From Chrysomallon squamiferum (lineage: Eukaryota > Animalia > Mollusca), in assembly GCA_012295275.1 (NCBI GenBank), contig CM022672.1:5952001-6016000 (forward strand): 64,000 nt of DNA. Direction: 5' to 3'. Within the stretch, counting starts at the first letter, position 1. Each line of letters begins with the position of its first letter. Both the position numbers and the translations under genes were made by a program. The notes beneath the pieces are model-generated. The model ran no database searches and was not told the DNA's origin. It worked only from the letters and a program-made list of their open reading frames with translations. Shown here in pieces: positions 48,695-64,000 of this stretch.

Positions 48695-51600
48695 GTAAAT
48701 ACTGAAGAATCTCAATTTTTTTTTTTTTTTTTTTAACTTATTTCATTATTATTATTCTTATATCGTTATTTTTTTTTTTATAATTACATACCCGAGTCGT
48801 TTCCTTTCTGTAAGAGTAATTAAAGTGACGCATCCTCGAATAGTTTCTTTATTCTGGCTGAATTTTGTTGAGCTGTGTTTCAAGCTGCCACGGCAGGGAG
48901 CAGTGGCATTGTCACATGGTTCACGTGATCTTTCAAATCGCATTCGTTTGTCGAAGAATTAAGTATGATCCTTGAGTATAAGAAATATAAATAAATATCT
49001 AATGTACCGGTACATTTCAAGGGTTCCATAAATAATAAATGTCATAAATAATAATAATAATAATAATAATAACAACAACAACAACTAATGGGGAGGCGGA
49101 AAAGAATTACATGGAGAAAATTTCAGAAGCGACTATGGTTTAGAATACAGTAAACACAGTAAAAATGTTTTCCTTCTTAGACACAGACACGTCCGCACAT
49201 ACATATAATATACATGAGTGTATATATATAAACACATTCACAAGATACACAGGATGGAACGAGGGACACCACAGAATACCCATACATATAATCATCTCTA
49301 TGCTGAACAAACACATTCTTATTTCACCTGAACAGCTAAATAATCTCTGTCCTTAAATCTTTTTTTATTTATATATTTTTTTTTTCCGAGGAGGTTTAAC
49401 AGAACACACGACTGAACTAAATAGCACTTGGCACGTAGTCACTGTGACACTCATAGAAAACAGTTAATGAAGACTCGAGTGAAAACACGTAATAATAAAC
49501 TGTATAAAACATGGACATTCTTAATGGCAGTCTAGCATGTAAGCGAGCGTGAACGTTGACTAAACACCTAGAAAACCTTTCTTTACACATCATTTGGTAG
49601 TTTTACACAGCTATCCTTTGTGACTGGTAAAATAGGTAAATTAATAGATCTTTGGTTTTAGGTTTTCATTTAAAGACTGAAATTAAACACAGAATGAAAT
49701 ATGAACCAGTAACTAGTTTGATAAAACTCTGCTTTAATGTATTTGTATTTCTGTAAGATTCAGTTTCGAGTCATTCTAGTTTTAATTTCTTCGGATGAAG
49801 AACATTCAGCTGTTTGTCCATCTCTTTTTAATGTTTTGTCATGTATTATTCGTTTTTCTGTTGCTGAATTTACCTTTTACTATCCAGTTTATTCTGTTTA
49901 TCAGTGATATCCCTGCTAACTTAGAATTTATGTTTCTTTCAACAACAACATAACTTTATTTACGACTACCCAACACACTGTTTTGTTCTATAACTGTATG
50001 TATTTTATTAATGACTATATGTATCCCACAAGCACTTCAGAAGAAAAGTTCTGATGATGGTCGTATAAACTCTGACAAATTCGATAAATTTAATGAAATT
50101 TCAGGTAAATGAACATCTTTGCCCTGCCCCCCTAAACCAAGAGTCTGATCTTATAAACTAATAAGGCTGAAATTTAGTTTGTCTTTGTATTATTTCGAAC
50201 TAAATTAATTTATCGATTGTATATATTATCACACTTCTATACATAAACTAATAAAAGTCAAGACATTCACTTGTTACAACAATGCAGTAGTGTTTTGAAT
50301 GCTTTAGTGTTTGCAAAGTTCACTGAACTGCTTACAGTATTTATATACAGAATTAAATCACAGATGTTCTAAAATTGACATTTTAGTGGATTTTCAGTTT
50401 CTGGTGTTAATGATCTAAAAAGAAAGAATAAATCGTAAAAGACCAATAGACATAATAGGAACAACAAAGATCAGAGTAAATATTTTTGGTAATGGACAGA
50501 AAATTGCAGAAACAATCAGTTAATATACAAATGAATATGTTAACCTATCTCGTTTCATTTCGTCAGCGAGCTACGCTTACGAATAAAAGCTCTGTCGACG
50601 TTGTGCAGTTTATCCTTTTTCTCACCTCCTTAAATAACACTACGCAACCGTAAATAAAATGCGAAAGGCATTTAGCATTCAGCACTGAACCGCACCTGTT
50701 GTGTTGGAGAAAATTCGCAGGCACGGAATTAATTTATCTGAAAATAATTAGAGTACACCAGGTATCAAATGAAAGCAGCAAGTATCCAAGGAACCAGTGC
50801 TGGGAAATATACCAGCAGTTTACAGTTCGAAGGGATTAATCGAAACTGGGAGGTCTCCATTTGCGATGTCAATCAAGGGATTAAACGTCTGAACTTTCGG
50901 GTGTCAGCCAGCAATGTGATGAAAAATCTTCACAGTGGAAGTCAAAGAAAAAAATACGAAGCTTTAGGAAAGGATTTGATAAAATGTGCATGATTGTTTA
51001 TGATGAACTATTCGCGGTTCTGTAAAGAGAGTTTATCAAACAATACAGTATGTGTTGCTTCAGAAGAATTGTTTCCATAGCACTCTTCGTTTTGCCACGA
51101 CGCCTTCCACTGTTTCCAAAGCTGTACTCATTTCGCTGTGAACGCTTTGTTCGTTCTGGTGTTGTTAATTATCCTGGGTGTTTATTCGTATAGAAACAGT
51201 GGGTTTTTTCTCTCTTTTGTTGTTTTTGCTATGAATCTTTTTATGACATCGATTTGCTTTTAGTTCTTTGAAAGAAAGGAAAAACGTAGAACTAAGAACA
51301 AAAAGAAAAGATAATATAAAAGAAAGTGATTGAAGATAAAACAATCCTTTTCTTCTTGTTTATTTTACTTTATTTTATTATTATATTTTAAAACCATAGA
51401 CCATTAAACATTTTTTTACTTTAAACAATGAACAGTAAATTACTGTGTTACTCGCAAAATTTTATATGCTGTACGTCGCTTAAATCTGAATTTTCACTGG
51501 ATATATACAGGTGGCAATATTAATAATAATAAAAAACATTTCTAGGAAAAACGTTAAAGTGTGTAGTGAATGGAGCTAGAAAACACTCTGATGGTACGGT

Positions 51601-53704
51601 ACAGATACGAAGACAGACATTATTTAACTTGCGGCATCAAATGTGTTTCTTAATATGTCTGTGAATAACAATAATAATTGTAAGACGAATGGTCATCGCT
51701 TTAATGCGACCACTGCGGAAACACGGAAAAGTACATGGGTTACTTATCCTTTTAAAGGGAACAGGTAAGTCAGACATGTCATTAATAATTTACATGTATT
51801 TTTAATTTATTTCTTTACTTTCGTTTTTACTTCAAAACTTTACTGATTGCTGAATAACTAATGTCAAAATGCCAAACACTGCCATTGTAAAAGTGATTTC
51901 TAATTTTCATTCTTAAATGTAAAATGCACCGATGGTAAATAAACTTTAAACCAAACTTTAATAATAATAAAGTATTGTAATAATATCCATTGTGATTTTT
52001 AAAATTCTTTTTCATTAAATGCTTTTGAAAATAGGTTTCTGCAGTTAGAAAGTGTATGAAAAATATCATTTGCAGCTAATCTAAAAAAAAAAATAATAAT
52101 AAAAAAGTTGCTCGGGGAGTTTTCTGTGCGGTCCTGTAACAGTAGATTAAAACTGTTTTGCGTGTTTCTTTGAATAACACTTTTTCTTTCCTTCCTTCAT
52201 TCTCTTACCCACACCCATACACCTTCACTCACATGTATGTACGCATACAAACACCTTCACATCTATACATACATAAACATACACAAAACGTATAAACTGC
52301 ACATTAACGCAAACACAAAAAGAAAAACACTTTACGTATGAACGTCATCTTAACGTTTGATGTAATAAGATCGGCCAGAAATTGTTCTTGTCACTTCAGT
52401 CGACGTTATGCAATCTCTAAGTTAATCCTCGTCTTCTGATGAAATATTTGACACGCTGACCATATTATCCTTCTCTACACAGAACAAAGGTTAATTTACA
52501 TCACTCGAACTACTTGTTAAAAATATATGCAAAAACAACTTGATAGATAGATAGACTGAGAGACAGACAGATAGACAGATACATACATACATACATGCAT
52601 ACATACATAGACAGATAGTCAGACAGATACGTAGATAGATAAACACATATATTTATGGACATTCATCTAGATAGATAAACAACTAGAGTGATAAAGAGAC
52701 AGAAACACATGAAGATCGATCAATATATAGATACAGATATTGATTTAGAAAGACAGAAAGGCAGATAGATAAACATACAGATGGATATTTAGATATCTAT
52801 GTATAGAGAGACAGATGGATAGATAAATGTATAGTTAGTATTACCTTCATTCTATATTACAGTATCTTACCCAACAGAAAAAACAGCAACACAGTGTTGT
52901 GTGTACTTTGAGTAAAAGTGTATTTTCAATATAAATGTCCTGGAGCTAGTTTCCCGGGTCGATATTGTTCTAAGAGGTTAATGTTCGCGTACAGGCAAAT
53001 AGCAACGATTCAGATAGTAATTTTAACATATAAAATAATATACAAATAATATAAAGGGTATGTGTAATAAAGTTACGATGGGAAGAATGAAATCTGTGAT
53101 GGTGTGAGGTATAAATAATTAACCGAACTGGAATTAAGCAGTGAAATTTCCGCTGGTGTAATTATGAATTAATTTTTCATAGATAAAATATATTTACACT
53201 GTTAACAGTCAAGTATATAAGTGTTCATGTTTTTGTATATGTGTGTATGGGTTTATTTTTAAGTGTGTATGTGTATTAGTATATGACATTGTGTGTGTAT
53301 ATATGTGTGTGTACGTGCGTGTAAACGTGTTTTTAATCTGTACCATTATCTAAAGAATCATTCTGGATACGTAAAATATCTAAACAATTAATATATATAT
53401 ATATTTTTTATCGTATCGTCATTGAATGGTACAGTGTAAATGTAACAAACACTATAGTGGTAATTTTTTGTTTTATGAACTGTTGAATATTAAGTGACTC
53501 GTTTAATCAGAATGGACTGAAAGGAATATAGCAACTGTTCGACCACATATCTGAACCTTAACAGACAACTCGAATTCTATCCTGTTCCTGCGTGATTAGT
53601 TTATTTAATGTTGTGGTGTGTGCTAACCTGTCGGAAAGTGTTTATGAAAAATTATTTCGCTTCTTTTCAATGTTAGTACTTGATACGATACGATGTTGGT
53701 CATG

Positions 53705-53751
<47 letters not shown>

Positions 53752-53792
53752 CGGGGGTCTGTGTGTGTGTATTTTTTCGGGGTCTTCTTATT

Positions 53793-53885
<93 letters not shown>

Positions 53886-53980
53886 CACACAATAAAACAA
53901 TAGGAAAGAATGGTTCATTACAAAATCAACCAAAACAAAAAATTAAATTTTTCATTTTAAAAATTAAAAATTATATAGAA

Positions 53981-56900
53981 ATGGAATACTGCAGGTTCAG
54001 GTGAGGTAACTGTACGTCAAAAATCATTAAGAATATCAGATTTAATTTAATGGGATTTTTCTCTGGTTCTTTCGACGAAATGAAAGAAACCATACATTAT
54101 GCTTTACATTCAAACAGTCAGGCGCGGAATATTAATGGTGTGAGAACTGTGACCAGAGTGATACGGGAGACAAAAAGAAAAAAGCAAGAAAGAAATGTTT
54201 CTGCTTAACGATTTACTGAAAAGATTTTTTTGAACCCAAAGAAACGAGGCGCCGTATTCGTGCTTAAAGTTAACATAAAAAATTAAAGAAGTAATTTAAT
54301 TTGTAACTAAGTAAGTTAGTAAACAATGACGTAAAACAGTAAGTAGGGAAACTAGTCAGCAGTTACAGACATATACACTGTCAAACAAAATAATAATCAA
54401 ATAAATAAAAAAATAAATAAATAAATAAATAAATAATCAAATAAATAAATAAATAATCAAATAAATAAATAAATAAATAGGTAAACAAACAAACAAACAA
54501 ACAAACAAACAAAAAATCATCCAAACAAACAAATAAATAAATACCATAATATTGCAGTGAAAACAGTTATGTGAAAAAAAATATTTTTGGTAATGAACTC
54601 ATCATCTTAAGAAATTTACCCAGACAATTAATAAAAACATTTCTAAATGTTTTTAAACCTGGCTCTCTCACCGTGTTATTTTTTTCTCAACAACTGCAAT
54701 AACAATGCAACACACTTACACATTAAGAGATGCACAAACACAGTTATACACACTCACAAGCACACGAAAGAAATGCAATAAGCAGAATGATTCTAAAATT
54801 GGTTTAATGGGAAAAACTTCTTAGAAATGATATTTAAAATTATATTTTATGTCAAATACATTAATCACCAGTACGTGTGGTAAAAAAAAAAAAGAGTCTA
54901 TCAAATTAACAGTAAAAACTAATGTACATGTTTTGAATAATGTGAAAATGTCTTTTTATGTAAAAAAAAGTTTTAACATTGTTTATGCTTTCAATAGGCT
55001 CTGGCAGATCTAAACTTGTGGGGTTTTCTCCAGAAGAGAGAAAAAATAAAAATAGTTTGTTTTTTTGTTTGTTTTGTTTTAAAATACTATAAAAATGACG
55101 TCATAACTTGGTTAACAGTTTTCATACTCTGTCAGATAGATAAAAGCGAAAAAGAAAAACGTAAAGAAACAAATAACAGTAAAAATGTTATGTCTTAACG
55201 TTTTAATAACCACCCTGAACAATAAATACAAAATATATAATCTGATGTTCGGTTTATTTATTTATTTATTTATTTATATGCATCATAACGGAATGTCAGT
55301 GTATCTCACAAAACACACATATTTTATTTTAATGTCTATCTGACAAAATGTACAGATTCGTTTTATTTTAATGTCTATGGTTGACTGTGTACAGATTATA
55401 TGTATGTATGTATGTATGTATGAAAGATATGTATGTATGTATGTATGTCTCTATGTATGTATGTATGTATGTATGTCTCTATGTATGTATGTATGTCTCT
55501 ATATATGTATGTATGTATGTATGTATGTCTCTATGTATGTATGTATGTATGTATGTATGTATGTATGTATGTATGTACGTATGTATGTCTCTTATAAACA
55601 CACCAGGCGTGGATAGTAGGTAAAGCAGAGGTTCGAGGTATGAAGAATTACACTGTATTGTTGTTGTTGTTGTCGTTATTGTTGATGCTTCTGCTGTTGT
55701 TGGTAATCATCATCATCAAAATCATTATTAAAAAATAGACGCAATGATTGTAACTTACTCCGAATGAATGAATGAATATTTGTCCAGCACATACTAGTTT
55801 TATCTCACACAAATCATTTTCAAAAACGGAAAGAAATTCGAGCACACACGAAAGTGACAGTCAGATAATTTGACCCTGTCTCATTTCAGAGTAACTGGAA
55901 GACCAGCGGTCAACAAACGCGACACGTCACTGCCTCCAACAAAGGCTAACGGTCATCTCGTGTCGTCATGGAAACCCTCGGACGATGGAAATTACACGGT
56001 TTACCGTTATGAAGGAAACCATCTCCAAGCAACTGACGCTCATCAGTCGTCGAAAAAACGTCAGCAGTCTTTGCCGCCTCGAAAACAGGGTATTTTAACT
56101 GTTTGTTATAACGTGTTATATCTGCAGTACAATCGATACAATAACAGTGACATTATAGCCGTATTTTAACTTCATATCTGTTTATGTGTATAGCGTTATA
56201 TAATTATAATTTTTCATTGGGCATTTTATGGCATGTGTTATTCCAGTCTAGTTTCATAACTTATTTAGTATCTGATTTAAGAGTTGTATATTCAATCTGT
56301 ATTATTTTAATGGAGGTCTACCTTGATGTTGCTGTTTAATATCTGATATCAGTGTCACATTCAGTCTCTCTCTAGTTTCATAGGATAAGAATATATTATG
56401 TAATAATTTTCAGTGTTACAAAAGAACTCTAAAATAAAAAGTAATTAAAACTTAACATTTAGACATTAGATTTAACATAGTAAAAGTATTTGTTTTCTTG
56501 ATGTACTTTTTAAAATTAATATTATTTTAGACTCATCACTTTAAATTTTGTTTTGTTTTATTTTATTTTATTTTATTTTATTTTTTTTATTATTCATTTA
56601 TTTATTTATTTATTTATTTATTTACTTTTTCTACTGTTTTTTTTTTTTTCTGTTTCAGTTTTATTTTATTTCATTTTATTTTATTTGTTCTTTATCCTAA
56701 ATTTAAAATGAATACACGAAAACAAAACAGTACTTGAATTATCTTCAAAATTTCAGTTTAACTGCAGCTATAAGTTTTCAAAATAAATTATTAATATATG
56801 TTAAGAACTTTATATTTTGTTTTTTAATCTGAACTTAAAAAACAAAGAAAGAAAGAGAGATATGGAGAGAGATAACGAGAGAGAAAGAAAAAGAGAGAGA

Positions 56901-59297
56901 AAAAAAGAGGATGATGGAGGGGTGAAAGAGAGAGGGGGGGATTCAGTGTTTAAAACTGAAATTTCACGTGTTGCAGATGAGGCAAGACAAATCTTGACAT
57001 CTCCACTAGGTAATTCACAACAAAAACCAGTACCAAAGATAAATAATATTATGGTCAGAGGTAAGCACACAGACACGCACTCAAGTACGCACGCAAGTAC
57101 GTACATTCTGAGTCATACATGCAGACAAAAGCAAATAATTACAGGTTTAATGATTACAATTTCGTTGAAAATAATAGGTTTTTGTTATTTATCTTTTTTT
57201 CGTTAAAGATATTTTCTCGCTGTTGAATAAACTAAATTAATAAGGAGAAGATTAAGAATGAAAAGAAGAAAGCATTATTAATAAGAACGGTAAAAAAAAA
57301 AAAAAAAAAAGAAGAATTAAGAGGAAATATTTCGATATATTTCCTGCTAAGCTTACTTGTGATGATTCACAAATAAAAAAGAAGAACAAAATCGTTCTGC
57401 CTTCAAGAACTAAACTTAGAAATGTTTCAGGTTTGTGCTGATTTGAAATGCTTTGGCCACTGGGTGAATAGCAGAGTTTGTATTCATATAACTTGTCTTT
57501 AACTTAAAGTCGTTTGGAATGAAAATCGACTTCCCATTAACAGCTGTTTCTGGTTTACTTACAGAAAATTCACACCCTGCACTGAGTAAATCCCTTGTCT
57601 TTCATATTATAAAGAGAATTAGAATTTTTTATACAGAAAAAACTAATTTTTTTTAATCCTTAATTTTATTCGGTTACAACGATACGAGAAATATTACGAC
57701 TCCTTAACCACATCTGTTCAGTTATAAACAACTGAGAATGATGATTATGATTTTAGAATTATTTTTTTTTAATATTGTAAAGAAATCTTTGGAATCAATA
57801 TTTCAACGTGAAAACATCATATGATGCAGTTTATCGAATTACACAAGAATTAGAAGAAACAAACAATTATATTTCTTTGTTGAAGCTGAATATATAAATG
57901 TTTAACAACATCTCAACATATTTTAATATTAATATTTATAAGAGTTCATTCGTTTTTGGCTCTTTTTTTTTGTTATGATAAAGTTAGAGAGAAAATATGT
58001 TGGTCACGATTAGCATAAAAACATAATAACCTTTGAAAGTCGCCATTTTAAATCTCTAATACTTTGATGAACTAATTGTCAGGCCCGAAAAGTCAAATAC
58101 ATGAATTATTATCATTATTATTATCATCATCATCATTATTATTAGTTGTTGTTCTTGTAAGTGGTAGTAGTAGTAGTAGTAGTAACAGTAGCATTAGTAC
58201 TAGTATTAAGAGTAGTATTAGTAGTAGAATTAGTAGCAATAGCAGTAGTAGGAGCAGTATTAGTAGTAGTTGTAACAGTAGTAGTTTTTGTAGTTTTTCA
58301 CAGTTAAGTTCAGTTTGTTATTTTATTTATTTTTTCCTTTCAGACCATGCCGGCATTTCAACACAGGCGCGTGATTTGGGATACAACAGGTATAAAGCTT
58401 TGTGTATTGTGCTTTACTGAATTACCTTTTTTCATTTGTATTTTTGTATTTTATTATTATAATTTTTATTATTATTGTTATTACTATTATTATTAGTAGT
58501 ATTATTATTAGTAGTATTATTGTTGTTGTTGTTGTTCTACTTCTTCTGTCTTTGCTGTTGTTTTGTTTTCTGTTGTTTGTTTTTATATATATATATATAT
58601 ATTTCTTTTTCATAGAATATGGATAATTCAAACGAGACCATTTCTCTTTTGTAACTTTTATATAATTTATTTTTCCATATATTTTATGTGTGTGTTTTGG
58701 TGTGTTTGTGTATACGTGTGTGTTTGTGTGTGTTTATGTGTGTGGCAACATCTTTTTTTTTTATAAACTGAAAATGAAAGAGTCTTAGTACAAAATTATT
58801 CAATTATTTCTTTAGTTATGTTCTTCACCAACAACATTAACTGTCAGTATTTTCCTAAGATTTTAAAAGCTTTCTAAACCGCATTAAAATCTAAAACAGA
58901 AAAGTAACAGTTATTCCCCTTTAAATAAATTAACAGAAAGAACAACAATAATAAAAATGATAATGATAAAAGAAAGCAAGATAGAAAGAAAGAAAGAAAG
59001 AAAGAAAGAAAACAGAAGTAATAAAAAAGGAAATGATAACAATATTTTTTTTTCTTAAATATATAATTTTATCACAAAACAACAGATTTATCAAAACGAT
59101 TTATAAACATATGGAACAGTAAAATTTTACAATTTTTATTTTTTTTTTTATTTATTTATTTATTTAATCATATTTCAGATCAAAAGAAAAATTCGCTACG
59201 TCTTGGGCCAAAGCGCGAGTAGAAAACTCAACAGACGTTGATGACAGGTAACAAATATTTAGCATTTTTAAATTATATATTTTTATTAAAAATGACT

Positions 59298-59337
<40 letters not shown>

Positions 59338-59536
59338 TAAGTGGAGACTTTGTAAAGCATAAGTCTTAGGATCTGAAACAACTCTAATATTGTTGTAGTC
59401 TTCATTATCACCATTATCTTCATTATTATTATTATTATTATTTGAAACAAAAACAAAAAGACTAGCAAAGCAACTTTTTTCATGTTATTATTCGCATGAA
59501 AATTAAGACAGTCCACATAAGTTTAATGTCCATTTA

Positions 59537-59600
<64 letters not shown>

Positions 59601-60978
59601 TTCATTATAGTGAAGAACGAAAAAGGGCACACCGTCAACAACAAACAAACAAGGAAAACAAAACACAAAAACACAAAAATGAAAATAAATCGCAAAACAA
59701 CAAACATTCAGCACAAAAGAACGACAATAATGATAACAATAGCAATCAACACGGGAGAGACCATCATAACACTGTTAATAAACAAAATGACATTTTCCAT
59801 GCCAGCAGTAGCAGCAAGGAGCAAATTACCTCCAACGAAACATCACCCGTTCTTAGAAAATCAAAACTTTCACAAAGTAAAGAACATTCAGCTGAAACGT
59901 ATAATGACAAAACGACGGCTGTTGCCAGTCCTGATTCCGTCGCAGAAAACAGACCAAAGACTCACGTGTGTGAATGGAAATGTGATTGGAGAACTGATTT
60001 CAGGAACGCTGATCCTCCAATGCATGTTTCGGAAAGAGAAAGAAGACGCCAGGAAAGGGAGCTAACTTACAAGCCGACAATAACAGACTCTAAGGACATT
60101 TACAAAGCGTACATGGGTTTTGCGAATCGAAAAACGAAATCGGAATACGATCGAAGCAGAACTTCGCACTCAGATTCTGAATTTCGTGGCGGAAAAACGC
60201 CAGGCTCTTCTGAAAAAGAACACGTGCTTAATCCGCGTGAAACTCATTCGTGGATTAAAATGCATTCTGTGTACGGGTCAGATTCGTACAAAAAACAAAG
60301 AAAGCAGTGTTTTATAGACAAGTTAACGAAAGCCGAATTTGAAATGATAAAACAAAATCAGCTTGAACTTAAAGAAAAAGAAAGACGAAGGAACGAGTCG
60401 AAGATTCGCCAGCAACGACAACTAATGTTTGTTAGAAAACGCTTTCAAGAACAACAATGGCGCCGTTTCCGGACTCAGTACGTAACTAGTCGTGTTCTGG
60501 AGCACGAGTTAATGAATCGACACGACTATGGTTTACCGGAAGCTTACGGAGAAGACACGGAGAATAATTCAAAGCCGAAGCGCAAGAAGCAGCCGAACAT
60601 TACGAGTTTTGACGAGAACAAAGCCAAAGAGAAGTACGAGAGAAAGTTCAAACAACTGTTTGACTACAATGGAGGCCCGTCTTGGAACGCTAGTGGCAAA
60701 ACGCCCAAGATGGAGGGTATTGATATCATCGTTGTAGAAGTTCACGACGACCAAGGTCGGTTTTATGTGAAAATCGTTATATGTTTTAACAATATCTTTG
60801 TACGTGCAAAATAAATAGTGTTTGTAATATAAATTCTATATAAAATTAAATTTGTTCTAATTTTTTTTTATATATATTTTGTAACTACGATATCTTCATT
60901 AACATTATCATCATGATCATTATCGCATCATGATAATCATCATCATTATTACTAACATCTTCATCATCATCATCTTCA

Positions 60979-61032
<54 letters not shown>

Positions 61033-61775
61033 GCATTGTTTTTGTAATTGTGATCAGCTACTTTTGTTTTTGCTGCATGTAATGCTTTTGCTGTGTGTTT
61101 AAAAACTACTAATTTTATTACAGGAAACGTGAAACAGCAAAAGAAAGATGTTAACAAAATAGTCAGGGAAGCAGAAAACGCCATCAGTGACTCTACTACA
61201 TCAGGTACACTCACCTCAATTTACCATACATCGTCATCCACATAGGTTAAACAGTTCATCTAATTAACATTATTTCACTGTTATTAAAAAAACATACAAA
61301 AGACTCTTTGATGTTTACAGAAAAAGCGCAGCCGCAGTAGATTTCAATTCTAAGCCTGTTCCATAGTCGTACATATATGAACAAGATTTTAAAATATTTT
61401 TGAGCGTGCCGTTAAATAAAATATATTCTTTCTATCTTAGTACGTTTTTAAGTTGCCAATATTTCTGGGTTATCATTTTTGACTTTGTTTCATAAAACAG
61501 AGGCTGCTGATAAAAAGAACAAATCCAAACCACGACAGCAACAACTGACGCCTGGTTACAGTCCCAGCAGAGGTCGTAACCATAGTGATAGTCGTAGTGG
61601 TGACACGAGCCAGAACAAGAGCAGCAGAAGTCAGAGCTGGGGTCGCGCTTCATTAGACTCACTGGACCTCGACGATGACGACGACGATGATGATGACATT
61701 TTCGAAAGAGCCAGAAGAAAATACAATCTTAGTGTTGGTGACGACGACGACGTCTCAAGTAGAAGATTAAATTAG
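53981..61775 (+). CDS. Uncharacterised ~639-aa charged/low-complexity protein with a helical (coiled-coil-like) core
   Basis: Phase-consistent exons 53981-54000 (least certain), 55890-56089, 56977-57060, 58344-58389, 59179-59247, 59611-60755, 61124-61204, 61501-61775. Sum 1920 nt, open to TAG. The 1145-nt exon contains the 282-aa track ORF. No family recognised. Confidence 0.8.
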
Positions 61776-62584
61776 ATAGCTTTATGACAGTTTCTTAGAT
61801 ACCAAAGAATTAATTTCAGACAAGTTGATATATATACACTCACGTAAAAACATTCACATTATACTCATGCATAATAATACATAAATACATACATATGTAC
61901 ATGCATGCATACATACTTACATACTCACAAATACACATTCATGAATACATTTATACATAGTAGATATATATACTCAGGCAAACATATTCACATCATACTC
62001 ATACACACGCGCGCTAATAATACATAAATACACACATATACATACATACTTACATACTTACATACATACATACAGTCATGAATACATTTATACATACATT
62101 CAGATTTACGTACACATAGACATACATGCACATTCATGCAAACATACAAATTCAGATCATAAATAACAGAAATTCGTAAGACTAAAGCAGATATCTGAAC
62201 ATATATGCATCCACGGCGTCTAAAATAAAAACTAAACATTTATGTTTCAAACAGCTCTGACGCTGTGAAACTAACTTTTAGTCATCACAAGACATACTGC
62301 ACAACAGTTTTCTCCGACTGAACGTTATAGCGTTGACTTTCATCTCGTTTAATTTATGATAGATATTATAATAATTTATGCATGCCTGAACTTCCGCCTG
62401 TTGAAACAGGATGTGGCCAGTCTTCCTCCAGTTAATATTTCTGGGCATGTTGGCTGTGTGTCTATCAACATCGAGAATTATGCATTAATTTTCATTCATA
62501 TTTTGGAGGATATTTTTATTTTAGTGCTATAAGTATTAATTTTTTAGTGAGATTTTATTATTATTTTTTATTATTATTATTATA

Positions 62585-62589
<5 letters not shown>

Positions 62590-62617
<28 letters not shown>

Positions 62618-62850
62618 GATAGTAATAATCATTAAATTATATAATATAAAAAAAAAAATGTAAAAATGGATTCGTATTTAGTTTTTGTTTCATTAATTTA
62701 TTATTGTTATTACTGTTATTATTATTATTTTATTATTATTATTATGATAGTAATAATCATTAAATTATAGTTTAATTAAAAAAAAAGTAAAAATGGATTC
62801 GTGTTTTGTTTTTGTTTTATTAATTTATTATTGTTGTTGTTGTTATTATT
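62590..62850. repeat. ~130-bp tandem duplication
   Basis: TTATTATGATAGTAATAATCATTAAATTATA..(A)n..GTAAAAATGGATTCGT..TTTTTGTTT..ATTAATTTATTATTGTT occurs at ~62611 and ~62740. Confidence 0.85.
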
Positions 62851-63363
62851 ATTATTATTATGTTGTTGTTGTTGTTGTTGTTGTTGTTTCAGGGTTTTCA
62901 TTATACGATTTTAATAACCAAATATAGTTGTTTAACTTTCTGAACTAAGTGATGTTCTTATCTGAAAAAAAAACAAAAAACATTCAGTGCAATATTTCTT
63001 GCTCGCTATTTATTAACCATTTATTTTTATATAACGTTTTTTACAAGCTTTTGTTTTTGGGTGGGTTTTTGTTTTCACTGCAGCTAAAACATTATTGTCA
63101 GTGTTTATAATATTTGAATAACAGTAGTAGGTAAGTATCTTTTCATTCGCATTATACAAAGATCATAAAATATCTCCCGGTCCAGTCAATGCAATAAAAC
63201 TAATTTAATATTAAAGGCTGTACTATTTGCTTTCCTCTCAATGGAGAAATGTGTGTAAAAGATATCTTCTTGTTCTCTCATGTTTCAAATCTTCACTAAT
63301 TATTAAAAACATAGTAAAAGGATAGTTTCAAAATATTGTAAGCCATACTTAAAGAAATTATAT

Positions 63364-63412
<49 letters not shown>

Positions 63413-63482
63413 ATTTATTTTTTATTTTATGTTTTATTTTTTTATTTTTTTTTAGATTTTTGTTTAAGCGTCTACTCAAAAC

Positions 63483-63552
<70 letters not shown>

Positions 63553-63957
63553 ATATATATATGTATACATGTATATTAATTTTTGCTGCATTTTCCGTTG
63601 CAGTATCTGTCTCTGCATCATATTTTACATGGGAGTTTGCACATAAAACGATTAAATATTTAAATACAGCAAAACATCTGGAAAGGTAAGGAACTGTACA
63701 GTAGACTTAAAGTGTGAAAATATACTAAATACACTGATCTGTTTCTACTTGTTATGAGAAAAAAAAATTAAAAAAAATACTTTGGATAAAAAAAAAAATA
63801 AAAAAAAAAAAAAAAAAATGAATACCAATAAAAGAATGGAAGAAAAAAGAAAGAATGAAAGAATAGATAGAGAAAATAAAAGAAAACAAATAATAAAGGA
63901 AAAAATGAAAAACGTAACGAAAAAAAAGAAGAAAAAGAAATCTTCTTGTTGAGTCTT

Positions 63958-64000
<43 letters not shown>

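Noticed and set aside
50769-50993. 74-aa ORF in a less repetitive intergenic stretch
   Set aside because: No motif, splice context or homology that I can recognise.
59610-60065. 151-aa overlapping ORF suggesting dual coding or a frameshift
   Set aside because: Alternative frame of an A-rich exon; the spliced frame (codons from 59612) is continuous with the 282-aa ORF.

Overview
AT-rich, microsatellite-dense animal genomic DNA with GT-AG introns; a lophotrochozoan such as a gastropod mollusc is my inference, not proven. Most ORFs in the supplied track are simple-repeat artefacts. Manual exon assembly with splice-phase checks supports four protein-coding genes. (1) A + strand Torso-like receptor tyrosine kinase (at least 19 exons, 9708-33353): Cys-rich box, 3 FN3 domains, TM, NPxY motif, split kinase; its signal-peptide exon was not found. 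(2) A - strand HAUS8/HICE1 augmin subunit (16 exons, 44944-35744) with a long N-terminal extension and three places where the frame does not close under the obvious splice sites. (3) BRF2 (TFIIIB 50 kDa subunit) with an intronless CDS (45597-46721), head-to-head with HAUS8. (4) An unrecognised ~639-aa charged, low-complexity protein (8 exons, 53981-61775). Also present: a decayed Tc1/mariner transposase, two full copies and one fragment of a TA-flanked MITE, a short interspersed repeat family and several minisatellites. No RNA genes or CRISPR arrays were seen. I found no clearly new biological system; the best leads are the HAUS8 frame breaks, the BRF2 lacking its redox Cys motif, and the receptor architecture.
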